Origin: Psammoneis japonica
Lineage: Eukaryota
Assembly: GCA_008632985.1 (NCBI GenBank)
Contig: QPGO01000073.1
Span: 186,001-250,000, forward strand
Length of the DNA: 64,000 bases
Direction of reading: 5' to 3'
Position 1 is the first letter of the stretch, and every line of letters begins with the position of its first letter. This document shows positions 36,259-47,000 of this stretch, one piece after another. A model generated the notes under the pieces. The model was not told the origin of the DNA, did no database searches, and saw only the letters and a list, made by a program, of their open reading frames with translations. The position numbers and the translations under genes were made by a program.

Positions 36259-39200
36259 ATGGTTCTCACTCTTCAGCAACAAACCGATGGTTTCGAGCAC
36301 GTTGTTGGAACCGTGCTTGCCCAAGGTGCTGGGAGTCCTCTTCGTTTGGCTTTGGCCCAAGACGGCACGGACTCGCATCAGGAACCATTCACGTTCATGC
36401 CGTCCCAAATCGACTCGCTTGAGTGCGACAACGGCACTGATGTGATCCCTTTGCCCCGTGGTTATAAGAACATGTTAGCAGCACCAGTCAGTCTGTGCAT
36501 TGTCAAAGCACACAAAGGTCTTGACGTTGCCAACGACTCCTCCTTGTTCACGCATGACGAGTTCCTTGCCTGCCGCCTCAGCCCCGACTGCATGTCTTCT
36601 GTGTCCATCGGCAGCTCACCCCTTGCACCTCCACATGTCACCAACCCGACCAAGGCACGCGACCCGGTGCGGGACTTCAAGCGAGGCATCAAGCGTGATC
36701 CCACCGCTTTCACGGCTCTCAAATCCGACAAGCAGTGGCACACTTGGCACACCTCACTTGTGGCACAAGCCCGTGCCCAAGACGTCGAGTGCATTCTAGA
36801 CTCGTCGTACAAACCGACCAGCCCCGAAGACAAACTGCTCTTTGCTGAACAGCAAAAGTGCATGTTCGCCGTCTTCGAACGCATCCTTCTCACCGACAAG
36901 GGCAAGGCTCTCATTCGCGAAAATGTGGGGTCTTCTGACGCACAGACCGTCCACCGCTCCTTGTCTGAGCACGCGCTTGCCTCCACCCGCGCATCTGTCG
37001 AGTCCTCCACCCTGCTCACGCACCTCACCACCGCACGTCTTGGTGATGGCACTTGGAAAGGTCCGACCCACGGGTTCATCCTTCATTGGCAAGATCAGTT
37101 GCGCAAGTGCGAGGCACTCATCCCGGCCAGTGACCACTTCTCTGAAGGACAGAAGTGCGTCATGCTCGAGAATGCCGTGCACCCTGTCGAGGAACTCCGT
37201 GCTGTCAAGAACCAAGCTGATCAGCATCGTACGCAGAGTGGCAAGAGCCTCACATACGATCAATGCTGTGGCTTGCTCCTCTCCGCGGCAGCTCAGTACG
37301 ACAGCACGTTTCAACCCAAGACGACACCTCGAGCTCCCCGACGCGCCACACACGCACACGACGTCTACTCCGAGGAACCGTCCGACGATGTGTTCTACGA
37401 CATTGACAGCGACGTTGACGTCCTTCAAGCCAATGCTGCCTGCACCCGCGGTCCCAGCCTCACCGGTGTCCAATGGAGACGTCTCCCTCCCGACCACCAA
37501 CGGCTCTGGGATTCGTTGCCCGATTCCTCCAAGGCGATCATCCTTGAGCATTCTCGTCCGCCTCCCCGCAACCCGCGAGCCAGTGACTGCCATGAGTCTG
37601 TTGCGGCCAACCTTCACGACCAACGCCTTGGGAGTGACGGTGATGTCAACTTGTCCAACACGACTCCTGCTGACTCTGGTGACTCCGCTCCACATGTTGA
37701 CGCCACTTTGGACAATCCCATCCTGGCGCACCTCACCAAGCGCAAGCCACTGCCACCCGGTGATCTGCAACGTCTGTTGTCTCCTAACCAAGCCCCCAAT
37801 GCCAGTCGACCGGGGCCATCCGCCGCTTCCTCTACCCCGCCAGCTTCTGCAGATGACACAGAACTTAACGGCCGCACTTGCCGCCGCGTCAACAACCACA
37901 ATGTCATTTGCTCTGCCTCTGCTCATCGCTCCACACGCACTGGCGCTCTAGTCGATCGTGGGGCCAACGGCGGCATTGCTGGCGACGACGTTCGCGTCAT
38001 TGCACGCACCTCTCGCCAAGTCGACGTTCAGGGCATTGACGATCATCAATTGGTGGACATCCCCATTGTCACCGCTGGTGCCGTCATTGAGACCCAGCGT
38101 GGTCCCGTCATCGCCATCCTCCATCAGTGCGCATGCACGGGCAAGGGCAAGACCATCCATTCCTGCGGCCAGCTCGAATGGCACAAACAGGATGTCAACG
38201 ATCGCTCTGTCAAGGTGCCCAACGGCTTGCAACGCATTGCCACTCCTGATGGCTGTGTCATCCCCATTGACATCAAGGCTGGCCTGCCTCATGTTGCCAT
38301 GCGACCTTGCGCTGACGCCGAATGGGACACCCTGCCCCATGTCATCCTCACCGGCGATGACACATGGGACCCTTCCGTCCTCGATCACTCTGTCACTGAC
38401 GACGACCAGTGGTACGACGCGATCTCTGACCTGCAGGACGACCCCACTGCCAACCCATTTGACGAAAACGGCAACTACCGTCACCGTGTCGTTGTCAACG
38501 AGACCATCTTGTCCGCTTCCTTGTCTGCCGATCACGCGTCCGCCCTCGATGATCACCTCATTCCGAACGACGACGTGTTCTACGCGTGTCATCTGCATGC
38601 GATTGACCCCAAGGGCGATGACGTTCCACCTCCGGAGCGCACTGTACAGCCCAAGGACCCCCCCTTCGAGTCTCTTCGGCCTTGCTTTGGCTTCCTACCC
38701 ACCGACACGGTCCGTCGTACTTTTGACTGCACCACGCAGTGCGCCCGCATGCCCGCCGGCACACACCTTCGCAAGGCCTTCAAATCACCCAACCCCGCCC
38801 TTAATGTGCACCGTCGCAACGAGCCCATCGCCACTGACACCATTTGTGCCGACACCCCGGCCGTCGACTCTGGTTGCACCAGCGCCCAACTGTTTGTTGG
38901 CACCGAGTCTACCGTCACTGACGTCTACGGCACTAAGACGGACAAAGAGTTTGTCAACACACTTGAGGATCAGATCCGTGAACGTGGTGCCCCATCCAAA
39001 CTCATTAGCGACCGTGCTCAAGTTGAGATCAGCAACAAAGTGCTCGGGATCCTGCGCGCCCTCTTCATCTCCAGCTGGCAAAGTGAGCCTCACCAGCAAC
39101 ACCAAAACTTTGCCGAGCGTCGATGCCAGACTGTGAAGCGCATGGCGAACACTGTCATGGACCGTTTTGGTTCGCCCGCCCACACATGGCTGCTGGCGCT

Positions 39201-41928
39201 CATGCACGTGTGCTTCACACTCAACCACACAGCGTCCCCACGTCTCCACTGGCGCACGCCCCTCGAGACTCTCACTGGATCCACCCCGGACATCAGCCCA
39301 TTGCTTCGCTTTCACTGGTGGGAACCAGTGCACTTCCACCTTGATGACTCCGATTGGCCGTCCGAATCCCGTGAGTTGCGTGGACGCTTCGTTGGCATTG
39401 CTGAGCACGTCGGCCACCAGATGACCTTCAAGATTCTATCTGACGAGACTCAGAAGATCCTCCACCGGTCCAACGTTCGCTCCGCTGCCCCCGATCCTGC
39501 CGTTCGAAACCTGCGTCTTGATCCTCCTGATGGGGAGCCACCTGAACCCATCATCAAATCTCGCCATGACGACAACCCCGTCGATTCTCCTGATGGGGAG
39601 ATCAGGACACCCAAGATGCCAGTTTTCGATCCGCAAGACATCATTGGACGTACCTTCCTCATGCAGCCACAAGAGGATGGACAACGCCACAGAGCTCGCA
39701 TCGTCAAGGCCGTCGAAGACCACGAATGGAAAGTGAACGGCAATCCCGAGCTCACCAAGTTCGTCTGCTCTGTCAACAATGACGAATACGAGGAAGTCCT
39801 TGCCCACAATGACATCATGAATCACATTGAGCAAGAAGACGAAGACACCACCATTTGGAAATTTCGACGCATCGTGTCACACGAAGGACCTCTGAAGCCT
39901 CACGACCCAACCTGGAAAGGCTCAAGCTACAACATCATGCTTGAATGGGAAAGTGGGGAGATCACGTCCGAGCCTCTTGCCATCATCGCCAAGGACGACC
40001 CCGTCACCTGTGCCATCTATGCACGAGAGAACGGACTCCTCGACACGGATGGCTGGAAGCGGTTCCGCACCATCGCGAGGCGCCAAAAGAAGCTATTTCG
40101 CATGGCCAACCAAGCCAAGCTTCGCTCCTTCCGCACTGCACCTCGCTACAAGTGCGGATTCGAAGTTCCCCGGAACTGCAAACACGCCATGTCACTGGAC
40201 GAACGCAACGGCAACCGCAAGTGGGGAGACGCAACTAATCTCGAGATGGACCAACTCGACGAATACGAAGTCTTCCATGACTGCGGGCCCTTCAAGTCTT
40301 CCACTCCTCCTGCGGGACACAAGAAGATCCGAGTGCACCTGGTGTGCGACGTGAAACACGACGGTCGCCACAAGGCACGACTCGTAGCCGACGGGCACCT
40401 CACGGACGTACCTGTCGACAGTGTCTGCTCCGGAGCAGTCTCCCTCCGTGGCCTTCGGCTGATGATTTTCCTGGCCGAACTCAACGAGCTGGAGACATGG
40501 GCCACCGACATTGGCAATGCCCACCTTGAAGCCACCACCAAGGAGAAGCTTTACATTGCAGCTGGACCCGAATTTGGCAAACTCGAAGGACACATCCTTG
40601 TCATCCACAAGGCACTGCATGGACTCCGCAGCTCCGGTCTCCGCTGGCACGAGCGCTTCGCCGACTGCCTGCGAGCTGAAGGCTTCTTCCCCTGCCGCGC
40701 CGAACCCGACATTTGGATGCGCAGGAACGGCGACCACTGTGAATGCATTGCCGTTTATGTGGATGACCTCGCCATTGCCATGAAGGACCCTCAATCTTTC
40801 GTCGACACTCTCACGGAAAAGTGCAAGTTCAAGCTCAAGGGTGCGGGACCCATTGAGTTCCATCTGGGTTGCGACTTTTCCCGGGACCCCGACGGAACCT
40901 TGTGCCTGTCTCCGCGCAAGTACATCGAGCGCATGGTCGACAGCTGCGCCCGACTGTTTGGGGAGAAACCTGCCACCAACGCCCTGTCACCTCTAGAGAA
41001 GGGTGACCACCCCGAACTGGACACTTCCGAACTGCTGGGACCCGACGGCATTCACAAGTTCCAGTCTCTTGTTGGTTCACTCCAATGGGCAGTGTCCCTT
41101 GGTCGAATTGACATCACCACGGCCATCATGTCACTCTCCAGCTTCCGAGCTGCGCCCCGTCAAGGCCACTTGGATCGTGCCAAACGCGTCTGTGGGCACC
41201 TCTCCAAGATGCGACACGGTGCTCTCCGCGTTCGCACGGAAGAGCCCGACTGTTCGGATCTCCCTGCTCCGGCCTGTGAATGGATGCATTCCGTGTGTGG
41301 TGAAGCAGAAGAGATGATCCCGAAGGACGCTCCACCACCCCTTGGCAAGTTCGTCACTGCCACCCACTGCGTCGATGCAAACTTGCACCATTGCATGCTC
41401 ACCGGACGCTCTGTCATGGGAATGCTCCACTTCCTCAACAAATTCCCAGCTGATTGGTTCTCCAAGAAACAAGCCACCATGGAGACTGCAACCTGCGGAT
41501 CTGAATTTGTTGCCGCAAGGAATTGTGTTGAGCAGATTGTCGACCTGCGCATCACCCTGCGCTGCCTTGGCGTCCCGACCCGCAATGTTGGATGCATGTT
41601 CGGTGACAACAAGTCGGTTGTAGACAGTGCCACCATCCCGCACTCCAAGTTACACAAGCGACACACCGCACTGTCGTTCCACCGTGTGCGTGAGGCAATT
41701 GCCTCTGGTCACCTTGAGTTCCACTTCATCGAAGGCTCCCGCAACCCTGCTGACATTCTCAGCAAGCATTGGGGTCACTCCCAAATCTGGGACCTTCTCC
41801 GACCCCTCATGTTCTGGAACTTCATTCCATCCGAAGTCGAATCTGTTTCTGTGGCTCCTCAAGCAAACTGGGGAGTGACAGGATTTGAACAGGATTTGGA
41901 TGCGCGCGAAGTATCGCGCGCTGTTTAG
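36259..41928 (+). CDS. Gag-Pol polyprotein (protease, integrase, chromo-like segment, RT, RNase H), Tyr-depleted
   Basis: PR: LVDRGANGGIAG. INT: LISDRAQVE, SEPHQQHQNFAERR. RT: HKARLVADGH, DIGNAHL, KALHGLRSSG, VYVDDL. RH: VDANL, GSEFVAA, GDNKSV, NPADILSK. Confidence 0.9.
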   Translation: MVLTLQQQTDGFEHVVGTVLAQGAGSPLRLALAQDGTDSHQEPFTFMPSQIDSLECDNGTDVIPLPRGYKNMLAAPVSLCIVKAHKGLDVANDSSLFTHDEFLACRLSPDCMSSVSIGSSPLAPPHVTNPTKARDPVRDFKRGIKRDPTAFTALKSDKQWHTWHTSLVAQARAQDVECILDSSYKPTSPEDKLLFAEQQKCMFAVFERILLTDKGKALIRENVGSSDAQTVHRSLSEHALASTRASVESSTLLTHLTTARLGDGTWKGPTHGFILHWQDQLRKCEALIPASDHFSEGQKCVMLENAVHPVEELRAVKNQADQHRTQSGKSLTYDQCCGLLLSAAAQYDSTFQPKTTPRAPRRATHAHDVYSEEPSDDVFYDIDSDVDVLQANAACTRGPSLTGVQWRRLPPDHQRLWDSLPDSSKAIILEHSRPPPRNPRASDCHESVAANLHDQRLGSDGDVNLSNTTPADSGDSAPHVDATLDNPILAHLTKRKPLPPGDLQRLLSPNQAPNASRPGPSAASSTPPASADDTELNGRTCRRVNNHNVICSASAHRSTRTGALVDRGANGGIAGDDVRVIARTSRQVDVQGIDDHQLVDIPIVTAGAVIETQRGPVIAILHQCACTGKGKTIHSCGQLEWHKQDVNDRSVKVPNGLQRIATPDGCVIPIDIKAGLPHVAMRPCADAEWDTLPHVILTGDDTWDPSVLDHSVTDDDQWYDAISDLQDDPTANPFDENGNYRHRVVVNETILSASLSADHASALDDHLIPNDDVFYACHLHAIDPKGDDVPPPERTVQPKDPPFESLRPCFGFLPTDTVRRTFDCTTQCARMPAGTHLRKAFKSPNPALNVHRRNEPIATDTICADTPAVDSGCTSAQLFVGTESTVTDVYGTKTDKEFVNTLEDQIRERGAPSKLISDRAQVEISNKVLGILRALFISSWQSEPHQQHQNFAERRCQTVKRMANTVMDRFGSPAHTWLLALMHVCFTLNHTASPRLHWRTPLETLTGSTPDISPLLRFHWWEPVHFHLDDSDWPSESRELRGRFVGIAEHVGHQMTFKILSDETQKILHRSNVRSAAPDPAVRNLRLDPPDGEPPEPIIKSRHDDNPVDSPDGEIRTPKMPVFDPQDIIGRTFLMQPQEDGQRHRARIVKAVEDHEWKVNGNPELTKFVCSVNNDEYEEVLAHNDIMNHIEQEDEDTTIWKFRRIVSHEGPLKPHDPTWKGSSYNIMLEWESGEITSEPLAIIAKDDPVTCAIYARENGLLDTDGWKRFRTIARRQKKLFRMANQAKLRSFRTAPRYKCGFEVPRNCKHAMSLDERNGNRKWGDATNLEMDQLDEYEVFHDCGPFKSSTPPAGHKKIRVHLVCDVKHDGRHKARLVADGHLTDVPVDSVCSGAVSLRGLRLMIFLAELNELETWATDIGNAHLEATTKEKLYIAAGPEFGKLEGHILVIHKALHGLRSSGLRWHERFADCLRAEGFFPCRAEPDIWMRRNGDHCECIAVYVDDLAIAMKDPQSFVDTLTEKCKFKLKGAGPIEFHLGCDFSRDPDGTLCLSPRKYIERMVDSCARLFGEKPATNALSPLEKGDHPELDTSELLGPDGIHKFQSLVGSLQWAVSLGRIDITTAIMSLSSFRAAPRQGHLDRAKRVCGHLSKMRHGALRVRTEEPDCSDLPAPACEWMHSVCGEAEEMIPKDAPPPLGKFVTATHCVDANLHHCMLTGRSVMGMLHFLNKFPADWFSKKQATMETATCGSEFVAARNCVEQIVDLRITLRCLGVPTRNVGCMFGDNKSVVDSATIPHSKLHKRHTALSFHRVREAIASGHLEFHFIEGSRNPADILSKHWGHSQIWDLLRPLMFWNFIPSEVESVSVAPQANWGVTGFEQDLDAREVSRAV

Positions 41929-42151
41929 TTTACCGCGCACAGTTTTGTGTGCTTTAGTTCCGCGCGTTCACACGCGATGTAGTTTGCTTTCGAGCCACAA
42001 GGCTCACAAGAATGACAACAGTAGCCCGATTATACCGACTCACACGTCTTTCGGCTCCTGTAACGGTCTCTGAGCGGAGACTCATCTGCTATTTAGACAG
42101 CAGTAAGGAGTTATTGTTTGAATTCTTGCCATTTGCCTTCAATTTCTGTCA
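41876..42151 (+). repeat. 3' LTR
   Basis: Direct repeat of 35041-35316, followed by TSD AACTC. Confidence 0.95.
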
Positions 42152-42520
42152 AACTCGACAAGCACAATCGGAACGTGCTGCATGCTGCGAGCGCTGTATG
42201 TTCGACCGCGCGCGGTCAAAGTACGTACGTCGTCACGCAAAAACCGCAACGGCTCGCGGTAGTAGCGGTATCGCGGTGATAAAGCCACAATAACAACTAC
42301 CGGCACAAACTGTTGACACCCTTCCACAAAGAACCAAGAAGAAGTAGAGAGGTCAAAAGCTTACATCTATACTCGATAGTGCATCAGTCTGTTGTTGAAG
42401 TGCTTACATCGAACGTATGTTTTTCTAGAGAGTTTGAAGAAAGAAAACATACCGAAAATACAAAACTCGCGAACCATACACATTATTTACAGCGAGACCG
42501 CGTTTGTTTCTCAGAAAAGC

Positions 42521-43870
42521 ATGAGGCGACGAAAAACTCTAATACAACATGTTGTTGTTCTGAGTACTATACTCCTACTCATGATGGTGACAAATAATAG
42601 GGTGAGCAGTTTGGAAGTGATTCCTGAAAAAATAACAGAGGAAAAACTCCAAGAAGAATATGTTGCACCACCACCGCCTCCCATAACAACAACAGGCAAT
42701 AAGAGACCACCGTTTGGAAAGACAGTAGAACAGGCGGAACACGAATCCTCATCATCATCCAACAATAATAATAATATGCGTTGTCGTTGGGGAGAACATT
42801 GTCCACAACAACAACAAGATGACGAACAGCAAGACGACGACGAAGAAGAGAACAATCGAACATTATTATTTCCTCCACCTCCTCCATCTACGGCCCTTCC
42901 GTTTGTTCCTCCCAAGGTGAATTCGTTTGAAGGAGGCATCATGGTTCCACATTACAAACCTCCCGAAGGATTTATTCTAACGGCTCGTGTTTATACAGAT
43001 CCCGACGACAAATTGGCTCATTTTGACAACAACGAGGGCGGTGGTGGATTGGTGTTGCCCTATTGGGAATGCGGTGCCGCCGGATCCACCACTTCACCGC
43101 TTCAAGTCAAGCACGCGTACTTTCGTCATGCTCTCGGTCACACGACGGTATCATCATGGTCGGGAACCGAGTATGGTCCTCATCCACACTTGTTGATTCC
43201 ACTCACACCGTTGGAACTCGTTTTGAATAGCGGAGAATCCAAACAATTCAAAGCCGGCGATGTGATTTTGTTGGAGGATGTGTTGAGTTCGGGACACAAA
43301 ATCAAGGGTATTTTGGAACACGTGGATGCCTTGATTGTTACGTTGCCACAACATTATCATCATGTCGGAAAAGATCGATCATCCTTATTATTGCACAAGA
43401 ATACACAAGCGCCAGAGCATCCTTGTCCCAACGAGTATGGGAGTGTCGCAGACAACAAAGCTTCCAATAGAGGCTGGATGATTGGGAGTGGCGCGTCTTC
43501 CAAGACGACACGTCAAGTTGTCTTTGGCAGTGTCGGTGCCGCCATGTCGGGCATGACGGCTCTCTTCTTGACCAAGGTGGCACCGCTATGGTTGTCAGTG
43601 GGGATTGGGGGTACGTGCTTTGTGGTGGGTGGGACGGGAGCTGCTGTGGTTTGCGGAGAAGCCATTGTTGAACAGATCCAGACCGTCATGGAACGAAAAC
43701 GATTAAACAAGCAACAACAAGAAGAAGACGAACTAGTACAGCCACAAGAACAGGATGAATTTGTTAGTATTGAGAAAGAGATGGAGGATTTTGTGGAGAA
43801 TCCAATTTTGGAACCCGAGATTGTGGATCACTTGATGAATGCAGAAGAGTCCATTGCACAAGAAGCATAG
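42521..43870 (+). CDS. Membrane protein with cupin-like domain
   Basis: N-terminal hydrophobic signal and low-complexity linker. Cupin-like PHPHLLIPL...SGESKQFKAGDVILLED...GH motif, two Gly-rich TM segments and an acidic tail. Confidence 0.65.
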   Translation: MRRRKTLIQHVVVLSTILLLMMVTNNRVSSLEVIPEKITEEKLQEEYVAPPPPPITTTGNKRPPFGKTVEQAEHESSSSSNNNNNMRCRWGEHCPQQQQDDEQQDDDEEENNRTLLFPPPPPSTALPFVPPKVNSFEGGIMVPHYKPPEGFILTARVYTDPDDKLAHFDNNEGGGGLVLPYWECGAAGSTTSPLQVKHAYFRHALGHTTVSSWSGTEYGPHPHLLIPLTPLELVLNSGESKQFKAGDVILLEDVLSSGHKIKGILEHVDALIVTLPQHYHHVGKDRSSLLLHKNTQAPEHPCPNEYGSVADNKASNRGWMIGSGASSKTTRQVVFGSVGAAMSGMTALFLTKVAPLWLSVGIGGTCFVVGGTGAAVVCGEAIVEQIQTVMERKRLNKQQQEEDELVQPQEQDEFVSIEKEMEDFVENPILEPEIVDHLMNAEESIAQEA

Positions 43871-44015
43871 CAACTTCAAACCTATCTCATTTGACGGTTC
43901 GACAAGACTAGACAACAAGTATAGCTTTCATACGATACATAACATTCGCGAAGTTCAAGAAATACACGTCGGCGTTTCAATTAATTGTAACTAGCATCTA
44001 CGGTATTGCAGCTAG

Positions 44016-47000
44016 TTATCGCAAGAGCTTCTCACGAATCAGGGTAGCAACAGGCCATTCAGACAAACCATAGGTTGGGTCGTTGTCCATGCTCTTGTCA
44101 TCGGTCATGCTCTTGTTCACCACCCGCTTCATTAACCGCCCGGCGTCATTGGGATCAACAGAAACAAGCAACGCTGCCAAGGCAAAGGCGTCGCGCTTGC
44201 CATAAGTGCTCGCCATGGATTCTGTCGCCATTTGCCGTACAAGTTCAATCCTGCCCTCCGCCAGCAAGTAGGCACCGACACAGACCACCATGGACTGTCC
44301 GCCTTGATCATGTCCCCACTTCCAAGGCTGTAATCCACGTCCCATGTCGATTCGGCTTATACTTTCCAACCCATGTGTCTCAATGATTTGTTCCAAACGA
44401 TCCGTAAAGCGGTATCGGAAACAAAAGTCCACCATGGTTTCAACCGACAACTCGAGATGGTCCATTGCCATTTCTGGTAAACCACGACGATCCAAAAAGG
44501 CAGCTAGTGCTTCGTGGTCAGACGCGGGAAATGAGGCTAGCCATTGCTGGGCGCTTTCAACATCTCCAGCACCCAGCAAGCTTCCAATCCGTACAAGCGG
44601 ATGTCGCAATGGAACACAGTGCAACCCACTGACCGTAGACAGTAATAAACTTCCTCGTTGATAACCGAGTATCGACGGATGATTGAGTGACATGGGGATT
44701 GTAGGAGGCGACCAAGATTTGTACTTTGGCTTGAGTGCAATCAAATCCCTACTTGGAAGGCAAGATACGTCTTTGGACGCCAGCAGAAAGCTATCAAGGT
44801 GACAAATGGCATCTTGGTCGTCCAGATTACCGAGGATAATGCATTGAACCGATGCATTTGTTGCGCAGTAAAGTACTCCCCGAACAAACTTGAGACTCGT
44901 GACAGTCACGCCAGAGTCCATTGGAGATGATCCAAGCAAGACAGACGTTCCCAAGAGCGTAAAATTGGGCTCTTCCGAAAAATAGACAAATACCCTCGTA
45001 CCAGATACAACGGCACAAAGACGGCCATCTTCGTTCCATTCCACCAAATCAGGATACGGCAATGTAGGTCCGGACATGATGAAATCGGTTGCGGCGCTAC
45101 TTCGTGGCGTGGTGTCACCTTGGCCGGTAGTAGTAGATGCTTTTCGGGTATAAAACTGCGCGGCTCCGTCTCGGTCGTGATGAGATGCCACACACAAGAC
45201 GGGACCACCAAAGAGTGTCGTGGGAGGGTGACGGTTCCGCAATTCCATGTAGCCCAGAGTCGTGGCGGTCGCTGCGGCAATGCTTCCACTGTACTCGACA
45301 GCGTCAGCCTTGACTCCCACGAGTGCCTTGATTTCGATTCTGGCCTTGAGTTTTTCCGGATCAAACGATGCCCACCTCCTTTGGGCGGGCTGACGCCCAC
45401 AATAGGCGACGCCAGGCTTTGACTGGACGGTGATACCAATGGATTATTACTGGATTTGTTCCGATGCATTACCTTTTCAATCTTGTTGAAATTAAAGGAT
45501 TTTCGTATTCTCGATTTGCCAGAGGAACCAATGTTGTGGTCTTTGTTTTGCGGTGTGTTGGTGCCATGCGTCGTTGATGATGATACGGACGATGCAGACG
45601 ACATTGTTGTGACGACCGTATCGGCACTTGAGCTCGGCAATAACGTGGTTTGTCGCTGTTCCTGTTCCGACATGGCTGGATACAAGAGAGCAAAATGATC
45701 GTCATTGCCAACCCACGCAAAGGACGAAATACCCTTGCCCGTTGCCACGGCAGGAGAGTAGGTGGAAGTAGGCACAGACGACGACAATAAGTTTGGATTC
45801 TTGCGTCGTCGTTGCAACAAACTTGGTAAATGCAACACTTCGTATTGTTGCTCTTCTTGCCAAAACAAACACACATACAAGTGACTGGGACTCTTGAGAA
45901 ACCGTGGTGGTAGTCGCACAGTCGCTGCTGCTGCTTGCGGGTCGGGTGGACCCGTGGGAGACTGGTACAAGACTTGAGGTGGACCGGACCGGATTCTCGC
46001 GTAGCCAACCGGATTCTTCTCTCCCTTTGCCATGGGAGCCCAAAACACGGACGATTGCTGTACCCAAAGCACGCTGCCATTATTGGTATCCGTGGGAGCT
46101 TCGGATTCCAACAAGTACTGATGGAGGCTACTCGTGGACGACGGAAACCATCGTCCGGTTCCAACCGCATGGACACTAAACCAAAGTTGGTGTTGACCAT
46201 CAAACACGAAGAATCTTGATTCTGACAAGAGAGCAAAGAATGTATATGCACAGGCCCATCAAACATGGATCCAATATTGACGTAATGAGTAATGGCAGGA
46301 TCCTTGATTACGTTGGGTTGCTTATGGATTGATAGTGATGCATCACTGTCGTCGTCGGTAGAACACGACAAGATCGCAACATCTCCACGATGCGTGCCAA
46401 GGGCACACGTGATGCACGAGTCGGAAAAGGCCGGTGGCAACCATCCCGGTAGCAACGTGAGACGTCCAGCGTCGGCCAAATCCTTGGGCAGAGCGACAAT
46501 CAAGAGTGGATCGTGTTTGGGAATACTGTGATTGCCTCCAACAGTCTTATTGGTTCGAATACTCAAATTCCAACAAATCAAATGTGGACGAGAACCGCTA
46601 CTGCTGCTTTTGCCGGGTCCCTTGTATCCCGTCGGAACAAACCAAAACAACAAATTGCGATGCTCATCATACGACACGAGTAAATGCTCCATAAAGGAAT
46701 GATGCTCCGTGGATGACGACATTTCTGTGTTGCTGTTGGAACTGGGTGATAGTAGCATGTTGTCATTGCTGCTACTTTCCTTCCACGAAAAGGTTGTGGT
46801 CCAATCATGTGTCAAGGTATGACCCTCCATGCGTGCCACGGGTGGGCGCACATCTAAAATATCGTGTCCGTGATTGGCAACCACATATTCCCACAGGATT
46901 GCAATTCCCTTGTGACTAATGGCAACAAATCGTCGAAATTGTTTTTCATCTCGAGAATACAAGTCACTGCTTGGATTGACGGGAAGGAGATGTACCAAGT

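Larger units (their letters stand above)
35041..42151 (+). mobile_element. Full-length Ty1/copia LTR retrotransposon (CoDi-type)
   Basis: 276-bp LTRs bounded by TG...CA at 35041-35316 and 41876-42151. 5-bp TSD AACTC at 35036-35040 and 42152-42156. Purine tract (GGGGAG) before the 3' LTR. Single gag-pol ORF in PR-INT-RT-RH order. Confidence 0.95.

Noticed and set aside
37230..40420. Protection of TpA next to CpG (many surviving TAs are TACG/CGTA)
   Set aside because: The element is CpG-rich and several TACG sites are clearly mutated (KCG, VCD, TCG, HCV), so I cannot support the enrichment without counts.
36462..41666. Long antisense or alternate-frame ORFs within the copia (e.g. 36796-37926, 37958-39136)
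   Set aside because: Shadow ORFs of a GC-rich, TA-depleted coding sequence with no recognisable motifs.
36259..41928. Alternative genetic code or RNA editing restoring Tyr
   Set aside because: Neighbouring host genes use Tyr normally, and the same changes occur in non-coding LTRs and other codons (e.g. GTA->GCA).
35041..42151. Classical fungal-type RIP (CpA->TpA) in the 3' LTR as the explanation of LTR differences
   Set aside because: RIP would enrich TA and create stop codons. The element is TA-poor, its ORF is open, and conserved Tyr have become Cys/His, which fixes the direction as TA->TG/CA.
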